A DNA stretch of 64,000 nt from the NCBI GenBank assembly GCA_014879665.1, contig JACSRP010000145.1:6507-70506 (forward strand), read 5' to 3'. The translations under genes and the position numbers were made by a program. The notes under the pieces were generated by a model. The model had not been told where the DNA came from. It was given only the letters and a program-made list of their open reading frames with translations, and did no database searches. The stretch comes from Anaerolineae bacterium (GTDB lineage: Bacteria; Chloroflexota; Anaerolineae; Aggregatilineales; Phototrophicaceae). This document shows positions 44,808-53,724 of this stretch, in pieces. Numbering within the stretch: the stretch's first letter is position 1; each line of letters opens with the position of its first letter.

Positions 44808-47066
44808 ATGGGTACGTTGAACCCTGATTTAGTCACGAAAGATCTCGACGCCGTAATAAACGATGCTGTCGTCATTAAAGACAAATACCATAAAACCACG
44901 CTTACGCCTGAAGTCATTTTGCTGGCGCTGCTGCGCCGCAAAGAGATGGCTTCATCTCGCTTGCTGGAAACCTTCCGCCAGACTCGCGGCGTGGATCTTA
45001 GCAAGCTGGAGCGCCAGACCGAGCTTGCCGCCGAAAGCCGCCGTGATCCTGACGGTAATCTGGATTACATCGCCCGTGGCAACCGGCAGGTGCCGCTGTC
45101 TCGTAGTGCTATCATCCTGATTGACGATGCGCTCACGCTGGCAAATTCCCGCGATGAAGTGCGCGTGGATACCGATCACGTCCTCAGTGTGATGGCCGAA
45201 AGCGCGCAAAGCACCAGCGGTTTGCTGCGCCAGCAGGGCATCACCCCGAAAGCGATTAGTGATGTGCTGGCCGATAATTCCCAGTTGGTGCGTAAAGACA
45301 CCACCACTCAAGATTTTGTCGCCGGCGCAAAGACCGGCAACTTGAAAGCGGTCTACTTTCGTGAAAATCTGCTGCGTGACATGATCAACATCCTCACCCA
45401 ATCGGTCAACCGTCATATCATCCTCATCGGGCCGGATGGGGTAGGTAAGCGCACGCTGGCCTACAGTCTCGCGTTACTCATATCTGAAGGCAAAGGCGCG
45501 AAAGGGCTTTCTAGTCTGGTGCAAATTGATGAGACCGCGCTGCTTGATAATGATCAAAAGGCTATACGCGCCGGCATGAATCAGGCGCGCGGCGGCATCC
45601 TCTTCATCCCCCATCTTCATCGCTTCTTTGGCGGCGCACTCAAGGCTGAATTTGCCAAAGCTACGCCGATGATCCAGCGCGCCTTTCTGGAAAACGATCC
45701 CGTAATTATTGGCTCTACCACCGAGCAGGAATACCAGCAGCGGCTGCTGCCTGTGACCGCTGTCTCGGAACATGCGCAGGTGCTTCGCGTACCGGAGGCT
45801 ACGCCCGAAGAGACGCTGGAAATCCTGAAGGTGATCCGCCCCCATCTGCAAAGTGATTACGACCTGAACATCACCGATGATGCGCTGGTAGTCACGACGC
45901 GGCTGGCGAAGCGTTATTTAGGCGCAATGCCGCTGCCCCGCAGCGCCGAACATTTGCTGCACCGTGCCGCGGCGATGGTCACCATGAGTCGCCAGAATCC
46001 GCTTGACTTGCGCGATGATTCAGCGACTCCTGAAAATGCCGCCGACAACACGCTCGATTCTGAAGATATCACCCTCGCCGCCAGCCAGATGACCGGCGTT
46101 CCGGTTAACAAATTGGGCGAAGACGAACGCGCCCGCTATGCCAGTATGGTCGAGCATTTGCGCGAGCGTCTGATCGGACAGGATGCCGCCGTGATCGCCG
46201 TCAGCCGCGCCATCAAAACCGCGCGAGTCGGTCTCAAAGATCCGCGCCGCCCGATTGGCGCATTCTTATTCCTTGGCCCAACCGGCGTCGGCAAGACCGA
46301 GCTTGCCAAAGCCCTTGCCGAGTTTATGTTTGGCAGCGAAGACGCCATGCTGCCGTTAGACATGAGCGAGTTCAAAGATGAATCCAGCCTGAATCGGCTT
46401 GTCGGTTCACCCAGCGGCTATGTAGACAGCGAAGCCGGCGGCCAGCTCACCGAGCGCGTGAAGCAGCAGCCCTATATCATCGTGCTCTTTGACGAAGTTG
46501 AAAAAGCCCACCCGCGCATCATGGATATTCTGCTGCAAGTGGTTGAAGAAGGCCGCCTGACCGATGGGCGTGGCAACACCGTCACTTTCAGCGAAGCGGT
46601 CATTATTCTCACCAGCAATCTTGGCTCTGAAGACCTCGCGGTGCCGGTGCTTACCGATGAAACCCGCGAAGCGGCGATGGATGATGTGCGGACATGGTTC
46701 CGACCAGAGTTCTTGAATCGCTTGGACGAAGTGATCATGTTCAATGCGCTCTCTCAGGAAGACCTCTATAACATCCTCAAGCTGATGCTGAAACAGGAAA
46801 TCAAGATGGGCGCTGAACGCGGCTTGACCTTAGAATTTACCGAAGAAGCTGTTCAGTGGATGCTGCGCCAGAACGACGAGCCGGAATATGGCGCGCGCCC
46901 CCTCAAGCGCATCATCCGTCGTTCCGTGCGTGAGCCGCTTGCTGATTTTCTGCTGCGCGCCAACCCGCCTGCCGGTACCATCGTGCGGATTGGTGCGCCA
47001 AACGGCGGCGACTTGACCTTTGCCGCGGTTGTGAACGGCAAAGAAGTGAGCGTCAACGCCGGATAA
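44808..47066 (+). CDS. ClpA-length Clp/Hsp100 AAA+ protein with degenerate D1 module
   Basis: It has two Clp_N repeats. D1 has Walker A GPDGVGKRT and Walker B position ILFIPHLH. D2 is canonical (GPTGVGKTE, VLFDEVEKAHP). ATG at 44808 follows AGAGGA; an in-frame ATG also lies at 44787. Confidence 0.8.
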   Translation: MGTLNPDLVTKDLDAVINDAVVIKDKYHKTTLTPEVILLALLRRKEMASSRLLETFRQTRGVDLSKLERQTELAAESRRDPDGNLDYIARGNRQVPLSRSAIILIDDALTLANSRDEVRVDTDHVLSVMAESAQSTSGLLRQQGITPKAISDVLADNSQLVRKDTTTQDFVAGAKTGNLKAVYFRENLLRDMINILTQSVNRHIILIGPDGVGKRTLAYSLALLISEGKGAKGLSSLVQIDETALLDNDQKAIRAGMNQARGGILFIPHLHRFFGGALKAEFAKATPMIQRAFLENDPVIIGSTTEQEYQQRLLPVTAVSEHAQVLRVPEATPEETLEILKVIRPHLQSDYDLNITDDALVVTTRLAKRYLGAMPLPRSAEHLLHRAAAMVTMSRQNPLDLRDDSATPENAADNTLDSEDITLAASQMTGVPVNKLGEDERARYASMVEHLRERLIGQDAAVIAVSRAIKTARVGLKDPRRPIGAFLFLGPTGVGKTELAKALAEFMFGSEDAMLPLDMSEFKDESSLNRLVGSPSGYVDSEAGGQLTERVKQQPYIIVLFDEVEKAHPRIMDILLQVVEEGRLTDGRGNTVTFSEAVIILTSNLGSEDLAVPVLTDETREAAMDDVRTWFRPEFLNRLDEVIMFNALSQEDLYNILKLMLKQEIKMGAERGLTLEFTEEAVQWMLRQNDEPEYGARPLKRIIRRSVREPLADFLLRANPPAGTIVRIGAPNGGDLTFAAVVNGKEVSVNAG

Positions 47067-47124
47067 TCGAATAAGATCGACCATTACGCATTGATTTTGC
47101 CCGTTAATCACGGAGAGACTCATC

Positions 47125-48546
47125 ATGACTGAAATTAACCGTACCATCTTCCGCAAGTATGATATTCGCGGCACCGCGGCGGGCGCTGATGCCCAGCTAA
47201 CCCCCACCGTTGCCCGTCTGGTCGGGCGGGCGCTTGGCACGTATCTGCCCAAGGCATTCCAGACCGAGCGCGTCTTTGTTGGCATGGATAACCGCCTCAC
47301 CTCGCCCCCACTGCACGATGCGCTCATCGAAGGATTGCTCTCTACCGGCATGAATATCACCGATATCGGGCAGGTCATCACCCCCACCGTCTATTTCGCA
47401 TCCGCCAGTTTCACTGGGCGAGCGGCAGGCGTGCAGATCACCGGTAGCCATCTGGACACCCGATACAACGGCATCAAGATGGCTTATGGCGCGCTAGCTT
47501 TATTTGACCAGCAAATTCAAAGTCTGTTGGAAATTATTGATGCCGATTCTTTTGCCATTGGCGAAGGCCAGCTTGATACCAATTTTGACATGATGAACCA
47601 GCATATGGCCTATATTCAGCGGATGGTGACGCTGGCCAGGCCGATGAAAGTGGTGTTAGATGCAGGCAATGGCTTGGTCGGCACCGTGTTTCCGCAGGTG
47701 CTGCGTAATCTAGGCTGCGAAGTGGTTGAGCTGTACTGTGAGAGCGACGGCACCTATCCCAATCATCTGCCGAATCCCGAAGATCCTGAAATGACCAGAG
47801 ACCTTGAAGCCAAAGTAGTCGAAACCTCAGCCGACATTGGCCTCGCTTTTGACGGTGACAGTGACCGCTGCGGATTCATTGATGAGCGCGGGCATCACAT
47901 CGCCGCAGACCGCTTGCTGGCGGTGCTGGCGCGTGATTTGCTGGTGCGTAAGCCTGGCGCGTCTATCGTCTTTGACGTGAAATGCTCGCAGGTGCTGCCA
48001 GATATCATCCGCGAGGCCGGCGGCGTGCCCGTCATGTGGAAATCTGGTCACAGCCTGATGAAACAGAAGATGGCCGAAATTGGCTCACCGTTGGGCGGCG
48101 AGATCAGCGGCCACCTGTTCGTAGGTGAAAATTACTATGGCTTTGACGATGCGCCGTTGGTTGCCCTGCGCGCGCTGGAGATATTCGCAAAAGATGGCAG
48201 ACCGGTATCGCAGATTTTCGACGAGATGCCGAAGTTATTTGCCACGCCTGAAGTCATCCTGCCTGCTCCGGATAACCTCAAATTTGCTATCATTGATTCT
48301 ATCACTGCCGCGCTAGACAAAGATTATGATGTATTCACGTTAGACGGCGCGCGTGTGCAGTTTAAGAACGGATGGGGCGTAGTCCGTGCCAGCAATACCC
48401 AACCTGCTGTCACCCTGCGCTTTGAGGCTTATACCGCACCCGAAATTGTCGCCTATATGAAGCTGTTCAAGGCCGAGCTAGACAAATATCCTGACGTAGA
48501 CACCACTATCTTACAGGGGCATATTAACGCCTTCAGCGCTGTCTGA
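47125..48546 (+). CDS. Phosphoglucomutase/phosphomannomutase (alpha-D-phosphohexomutase)
   Basis: It has the phosphoserine loop GVQITGSHLD, the Mg loop FDGDSDR, the sugar loop GGEISGH and the phosphate loop RASNTQP. Confidence 0.85.
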   Translation: MTEINRTIFRKYDIRGTAAGADAQLTPTVARLVGRALGTYLPKAFQTERVFVGMDNRLTSPPLHDALIEGLLSTGMNITDIGQVITPTVYFASASFTGRAAGVQITGSHLDTRYNGIKMAYGALALFDQQIQSLLEIIDADSFAIGEGQLDTNFDMMNQHMAYIQRMVTLARPMKVVLDAGNGLVGTVFPQVLRNLGCEVVELYCESDGTYPNHLPNPEDPEMTRDLEAKVVETSADIGLAFDGDSDRCGFIDERGHHIAADRLLAVLARDLLVRKPGASIVFDVKCSQVLPDIIREAGGVPVMWKSGHSLMKQKMAEIGSPLGGEISGHLFVGENYYGFDDAPLVALRALEIFAKDGRPVSQIFDEMPKLFATPEVILPAPDNLKFAIIDSITAALDKDYDVFTLDGARVQFKNGWGVVRASNTQPAVTLRFEAYTAPEIVAYMKLFKAELDKYPDVDTTILQGHINAFSAV

Positions 48547-48551
48547 AACGT

Positions 48552-48612
48552 ACCCCTCGATCCTTTCAGTCATTGCAAGGCTGAGGAGATCGAGGGGTGC
48601 TGGCGCTTTTTC
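48552..48612 (+). terminator. Terminator-like hairpin after the PGM/PMM gene
   Basis: An 11-bp stem (acccctcgatc / gatcgaggggt) encloses a 25-nt partly paired loop, and GCGCTTTTT follows shortly after. Confidence 0.5.
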
Positions 48613-48628
48613 CCCGCAAAAATCACCC

Positions 48629-48853
48629 TTACTTGAAGATATGCCCGGTCACGTTCTGGATGTAACTCAGCACGGCTTGATAGGCTTCCTCATCCACGCT
48701 GCGCATAATATGAAATTTATCATCCTGTATTTCGAACGTGATTTGCGATTCGTTACCCTTGGAAGTCAGGCGGAAATAATGCGCTTGATCCAGATTGTAG
48801 ATTTCAACCGTGTGTTCGCCGACGCGATACCTGACCCAGTTGATAGAAGCCAT
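48629..48853 (-). CDS. Small hypothetical protein (74 aa)
   Basis: It is a clean ORF with balanced composition (MASINWVRYRVGEHTVEIYNL...). No motif. Confidence 0.45.
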   Translation of the reverse strand: MASINWVRYRVGEHTVEIYNLDQAHYFRLTSKGNESQITFEIQDDKFHIMRSVDEEAYQAVLSYIQNVTGHIFK

Positions 48854-49036
48854 ACGTCCTTTTTCCTTGCTGCATATAATTCAAAAGGCCTGATCATATC
48901 CATCAAGCCTTTTGATTATAACCGCGAGTGTGCTTAAGAGCGTATTCGGGGCTTTCGCATCAAATCTTAGGCTTGCCCGGACTGGTAAAAATTCACTGCC
49001 CTATCCTTAAATTTGACAGAAACACACTTGCATTTC

Positions 49037-49066
49037 ACCCCTCGGCCCGCTTGCGGGCCGAGGGGT
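49037..49066 (-). terminator. 12-13-bp GC-rich hairpin 18 nt downstream of the 49084..50757 gene
   Basis: acccctcggccc pairs with gggccgaggggt around a gcttgc loop. No U-tract on the minus strand. Confidence 0.4.
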
Positions 49067-49083
49067 CTTTGCCGCGAGTGCGC

Positions 49084-50757
49084 TTATGAACGTACCAGCG
49101 AAATGGTGTATGAGCCGCTGGCAGCAGCATTGTTCGGGTCAGCAACGACAATATAATAGGTGCCGGTAGCAGGCAGCGAGAAGGCCGTGATCATAGACAG
49201 TGCCTGCCCTGTATTCTGCCCTCTGGCGATAGAATTATGCTGACTGTCCAGCAGCGCCATGCCAACATTGAAGCCTGAAGCGGTCACCACGATATTGACA
49301 ATATCCGCCTGGCGGCCTTCGAACGTGTAGATGCCTAACTGCCCTGATGCCAGTTGGCCGATCTTGGTTTCGCCATAAACAATAGAAATTTCATTTGAAC
49401 TGCTGGTTTGCGTCACTACAGGCGTCACAACCGGGGCTTGTGTCGGCGGCGGTGTGTTCGCCGTTGTATTGGTGCTTGTGCCTCGGTTATTCAGTGAAAT
49501 CGTATACGATTGTCCGGCGGCGGTTGTCGCATTGAATGCGTTCACCACGATGCTGTATGTGCCAGCCTGCGATAGGCGGAAGTTCTGAATTAAGGCGTTC
49601 AGTCCATCGCCGCTGTCGTCGTCACGCGCTGCTTCAGTGCCATCTGGTCCTAGCAGTGTCACGTTCGGATCAAAGCCCGTGGTATCAACTGCGATAGTGA
49701 TCACGTCGCCAACCGCACCCTGAAAACTATAGGTGTTCAAGCCTTGACCGGAGAATGTGCTTTGACTAGTCGTGCCATAGCTCAACACGTTGCCAGTATT
49801 TGTGTTGGTGTTCGTATTTGTGTTGGTATTGGTATTGAAATTTGGTGTTGTGCCAACAGAAGAGGGCAACCCCAATAGCGCCGGGTCGCCAGCGCCTAAG
49901 TGGAAGGCCAGCACGTAATCCCCAACGCTGCTCTGCCCGTAACTGCTGATCAGAAAGTTAAAATAAGAAAACTCAAGTTCTACTGTCGGATCGAGATCGG
50001 CTATCGGAATGACCAGCAGCGAGTCCAGATTGTCCGCGTTGAGCTGTCCATCCTGATTACCGAGGAACGATCCTGTCAGCGGCATATTGCCGCCCTCACC
50101 ATAGCATAGGTTCGTCGCGCCTGCGTCATCGCAGGAAATTTCGGCGCCGCTGCTGTTTGTAATCGAGTTATTGTCGGCATCCACCAGCAGAATCTTGGGA
50201 TCGAATTCCTGAGAGACGCCGATGGCGTAGACGCTTAATGGTACCCCCGCCGCGATCATAGTTGGGCCGGCTAGCGCATTAATCGGGTGTCCAGTGCCAT
50301 CATCGCTAGCCAGCGACAGACCTTCAATGATCAGCAGAAATTCACCGCTTGAACCATTCACCCCGCTAACATACAGCGAAACATCCATGAAATCTTCAGT
50401 GGTATTCTCAAAGACGATGGAGGCGTTGAGGTTGTTTGCCGTAAATTCCCCGGTCGTCGGCAGGTTCCCAAAATAACCGGCAGCGTAAGCATCATCATCG
50501 TTACAAAGGGCTTCATTCGTAGCAGTCGCGTGTACTGCCAGCACCGGGTCAAAACCGTTTAGTCCCACCACGGTTGCCATATAAGTACCGGGGCGCACGC
50601 TGGTGTTGAATTCAATCCCATTGATGATCGTTGGGCCATTTTCTGGACACTGAAAATCAATCTGCGCAGCTACACCTGCGAAAGGGATCATCGCGGCTGC
50701 GAGGATCACGATAGTAAGAATAGAAAGACTGGCACGGCGAAGATTCATAAACTCCAT
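49084..50757 (-). CDS. Secreted protein with two C-terminal pre-peptidase C-terminal (PPC)-like domains
   Basis: It has a signal/anchor (ILTIVILAAAMIPFAGVAAQ), an N-terminal ~290-aa unassigned domain, a (TN)7 linker, then two homologous ~100-aa modules (…YSFQGAVGDVITIAV…GTYSIVV…YTISL and …YTFEGRQADIVNIVV…GTYYIVV…YTISL). Confidence 0.7.
   Translation of the reverse strand: MEFMNLRRASLSILTIVILAAAMIPFAGVAAQIDFQCPENGPTIINGIEFNTSVRPGTYMATVVGLNGFDPVLAVHATATNEALCNDDDAYAAGYFGNLPTTGEFTANNLNASIVFENTTEDFMDVSLYVSGVNGSSGEFLLIIEGLSLASDDGTGHPINALAGPTMIAAGVPLSVYAIGVSQEFDPKILLVDADNNSITNSSGAEISCDDAGATNLCYGEGGNMPLTGSFLGNQDGQLNADNLDSLLVIPIADLDPTVELEFSYFNFLISSYGQSSVGDYVLAFHLGAGDPALLGLPSSVGTTPNFNTNTNTNTNTNTNTGNVLSYGTTSQSTFSGQGLNTYSFQGAVGDVITIAVDTTGFDPNVTLLGPDGTEAARDDDSGDGLNALIQNFRLSQAGTYSIVVNAFNATTAAGQSYTISLNNRGTSTNTTANTPPPTQAPVVTPVVTQTSSSNEISIVYGETKIGQLASGQLGIYTFEGRQADIVNIVVTASGFNVGMALLDSQHNSIARGQNTGQALSMITAFSLPATGTYYIVVADPNNAAASGSYTISLVRS
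49795..49842 (-). repeat. Imperfect hexanucleotide repeat encoding NFNTNTNTNTNTNTNTGN
   Basis: The plus strand reads gtatttgtgttggtgttcgtatttgtgttggtattggtattgaa; the reverse strand gives alternating AAY/ACN codons. Confidence 0.7.
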
Positions 50758-50854
50758 CTCCTTTTCTGAAGGGCTTATCTACCCCTATTAAAGCATGAAT
50801 TTTGCTAACCTACTTGCAAAAAAGATGAAAAATTATAATTTTCAAACATAGAAG

Positions 50855-52591
50855 CTAGGGCGCAGTGCTTCCGGCTGGCAAATCCTCTCCTAAAGTGATT
50901 GCTAATCGCCCCCGCGCCGGGGCGGCTCCGAACAGAATGTCACATGCTGCTGGTACTGCCGGGCGGGCGGGGCTGTACGTTGCCATATACCCGCTGATGT
51001 TTGAATAAGTTTGCCAGTCGTAAGGCGACCACAGCGCCACCGCCACCGTTTTATCTTGCGGCAGCGCGTTCACCAGCGCTTGCTGCGCCGGGTTGCTGAT
51101 CGCGTTTTGCGTGAAAACGATCACCGTATCTGCATTTTGTGCCGCCGAAACTGCCCAACTAATTTCCTCCTGCCCCGGCGAATCGCTAATACCTACCCAC
51201 TGTGTTAGCTCCGGGTTGGTGTACGGTAAACAGGCGTCGCGAATTTGATAGCGTGTAGCCAGAAATATCAGCGCTACCCGGCGGGATGTATCCACCGGTA
51301 TCAGGTCTGATTCATCGCTCGCCAGCGTCACTCCAGCGCGAAACAGGTTAGCCACCGCTTCCGCATGGCGTTCACTGCGCATTCTGCTGGTGGTGGTTTC
51401 CACATCTAGAGACTGCCAGTTGAATAGATCATACTGCTGCTTCGCTTCCAGAATACGTCGCGCCGAGTCGTCAATCCGTGATTCAGGAATGCGTCCGTCA
51501 CGTACCGCCGCTGCCACTGCCTGTATCGCCTGAATCGAAACCTCCGGGCCGGTGCTGGGGCCAAGTGCCAGCATATCCACCCCCGCCTCAATTGCCATGA
51601 GTATCGCGTCATAAAAGTTGTAGGTCAAATCAACCGCATTCATGTCCATAGCATCGGTCATGATGATGCCGTCAAAACCCAACTCTTCGCGCAGCAGTCC
51701 CGTGACCACTGGGTAAGACAGCGATGCCGGCATATTCGGCGTCGGGTCAAGCGCCGTATACCACAAGTGTCCGACCATCATCGCCGCTACCCCGCTTTGT
51801 ATCGCACCGCGAAACGGGACGAGTTCAACCGTATCAATCCGCTCCCGATCCAGCGTGAGGCGCGGCAGCTCGGCATGCGAATCTGCGCTGGTTTCCCCGT
51901 GACCGGGAAAATGCTTGGCCACAGCCATGATGTTCATCAACTGCATGCCGCTGATGTATCCGCTAATCGCCTCGCCAACCATCTCCGGATCGCTGCCAAA
52001 TGCGCGCCGAAAAATGATCGGATTATCGGGATTAGTCTCTAGATCGCCAACCGGTGCAAGATTCATGTTCACGCCAACTGCCTGCAGTTCCTCGGCTACG
52101 GCAATCGCCATTTGCTGCGCCGCGTTTCGCCCCGCCGCGCCCATCAGCAGCGGCGTTGGCATCAGCGTGAAACCAGCCTCTGGCGTGAGCCGTGAAACCA
52201 CGCCACCTTCTTGATCGGTGGCAATGATCAACGGCAGCGCACCCGCTTCCTGCATCGTAATCTGCATAGCATTCGTCAGCGCGGCCACGCCTTCCGTGCT
52301 GGTCACATTGTCTGAAAATAAGCTGATCGCGCCGGGCTGCCAGACGCGCAAAAATTCCTGAGACGGCTGGTTTAGCATCGAGCCGTGCAGCGTGACCATG
52401 AACATCTGCGCAATTTTTTGCTCCAGCGTCATCTGTTCAAGCAGCGCATTAATCGTCTCGTCTGCCTGCGTCGCAGTCGGACTCAGCGTGAGCGCAAATA
52501 GGAGGAAAAAGCTGAGGGTGGTAAATATCTGGCGTAAAACACCCGGTTTCACTCGAAACCGGATGCTGCCGCTTAAGTTGGTGTAGGGCAT
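50855..52591 (-). CDS. Glycoside hydrolase family 3 (NagZ-like beta-N-acetylhexosaminidase), exported
   Basis: It has the KHFPGHGETSADSH motif, an IIMTDAMDM nucleophile region and an N-terminal hydrophobic anchor. Confidence 0.8.
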   Translation of the reverse strand: MPYTNLSGSIRFRVKPGVLRQIFTTLSFFLLFALTLSPTATQADETINALLEQMTLEQKIAQMFMVTLHGSMLNQPSQEFLRVWQPGAISLFSDNVTSTEGVAALTNAMQITMQEAGALPLIIATDQEGGVVSRLTPEAGFTLMPTPLLMGAAGRNAAQQMAIAVAEELQAVGVNMNLAPVGDLETNPDNPIIFRRAFGSDPEMVGEAISGYISGMQLMNIMAVAKHFPGHGETSADSHAELPRLTLDRERIDTVELVPFRGAIQSGVAAMMVGHLWYTALDPTPNMPASLSYPVVTGLLREELGFDGIIMTDAMDMNAVDLTYNFYDAILMAIEAGVDMLALGPSTGPEVSIQAIQAVAAAVRDGRIPESRIDDSARRILEAKQQYDLFNWQSLDVETTTSRMRSERHAEAVANLFRAGVTLASDESDLIPVDTSRRVALIFLATRYQIRDACLPYTNPELTQWVGISDSPGQEEISWAVSAAQNADTVIVFTQNAISNPAQQALVNALPQDKTVAVALWSPYDWQTYSNISGYMATYSPARPAVPAACDILFGAAPARGRLAITLGEDLPAGSTAP

Positions 52592-52600
52592 AGGCTAATT

Positions 52601-53464
52601 TTATTCCGACTGTTCGTTGAGGCGATACCCGATGCCGCGAACATTGACGATCATGTCTTCGTCCAGCCCCATTTGTTTGAGCTTGCGGCGTAGATTGCTC
52701 ACGTGTGGCCGAATTACTTCCCGGGCTTCGGCCTCATCCACGGAATAGCCGCGCACTTCGCGCACTAGTTCGTGGCAAGAAACCACACGGCCTCGATGCG
52801 CCGCCAGATAGAGTAGAAGGTCAAATTCGGTAGGTGTGAGATCAATCGGGTGATCGCCCACTGCAATCTGATAACGCCCCGGATAGATGGTCAGCGGCCC
52901 AAGCTGCATCACGCTGGCGATCGGTGCTTCAATCAGCGGCATCTCTCCAACGGCAGCGCGTACCTCAGCGAAAGGATCGCGTATTTGCCCGTTGGCCGGG
53001 GTTTCTTCCGGCGCCCGGCTCAGTTCCTGTACGTTTGCGCGAATAGCTTCCAGCAGGGTACGGCGGCGCTTTAAGGCGCGCGCCCGTTCAATGCCCTGTG
53101 CCACGCTCTGGCGAATATCCTGACTGGTGCTCGGCTTAATCAGGTAATCATGCGCGCCCAAACGCAGCGCCTCTACGGCAGTGCCAAGGCTGGGGTATGC
53201 AGTCATCAATATGACCACTATATCTGCATCTTGATCCTTGATCCGGCGCACAAGTTCCACGCCGTCCAAACCCGGAGGCATCCGAATGTCGGTCAAAATG
53301 ACATCGAAAGTCTGGTTTTTCAGCACTTCCATCGCATCATCGCCGCTGGAGGCTTCGCGCACGTTGTAGCCAACCCGCTGAAGCGTCTTGCTGACCGAAT
53401 AGCGAATTGCCGCCTCATCATCGACGACCAGCACGAATGCCGGGTCAAAAGTATCGGCTGCCAT
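52601..53464 (-). CDS. OmpR/PhoB-family response regulator with extended inter-domain linker
   Basis: The REC domain shows VVDDE, ILTDIRMP and KPS. The C-terminal winged-helix reads LTPTEFDLLLYLAAHRGRVVS...VRGIGYRL. About 70 aa separate the two domains. Confidence 0.85.
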   Translation of the reverse strand: MAADTFDPAFVLVVDDEAAIRYSVSKTLQRVGYNVREASSGDDAMEVLKNQTFDVILTDIRMPPGLDGVELVRRIKDQDADIVVILMTAYPSLGTAVEALRLGAHDYLIKPSTSQDIRQSVAQGIERARALKRRRTLLEAIRANVQELSRAPEETPANGQIRDPFAEVRAAVGEMPLIEAPIASVMQLGPLTIYPGRYQIAVGDHPIDLTPTEFDLLLYLAAHRGRVVSCHELVREVRGYSVDEAEAREVIRPHVSNLRRKLKQMGLDEDMIVNVRGIGYRLNEQSE

Positions 53465-53724
53465 AAAAACCTCTATAGAAAATATGAGTTAAAGTCGGCA
53501 TTCTATGAAAAATTAAGAATACCTTGTGCTAATTATTTTGCAACCTTGTCGCTGTTCTGGTAAGTCAAAACGTAATTTCCCTGGTTGCTATTACGAATCT
53601 CATTCTCTTTTCACAGTCGCAAGGCAGTTTTTCCCTCACCCACGCCCTGCGACCAGACACAGCATCCGGCGCCGCAGAACGTTCCCTCACTCGCTGCATC
53701 ATCTCGCTAAACCCGCAATTTAGC

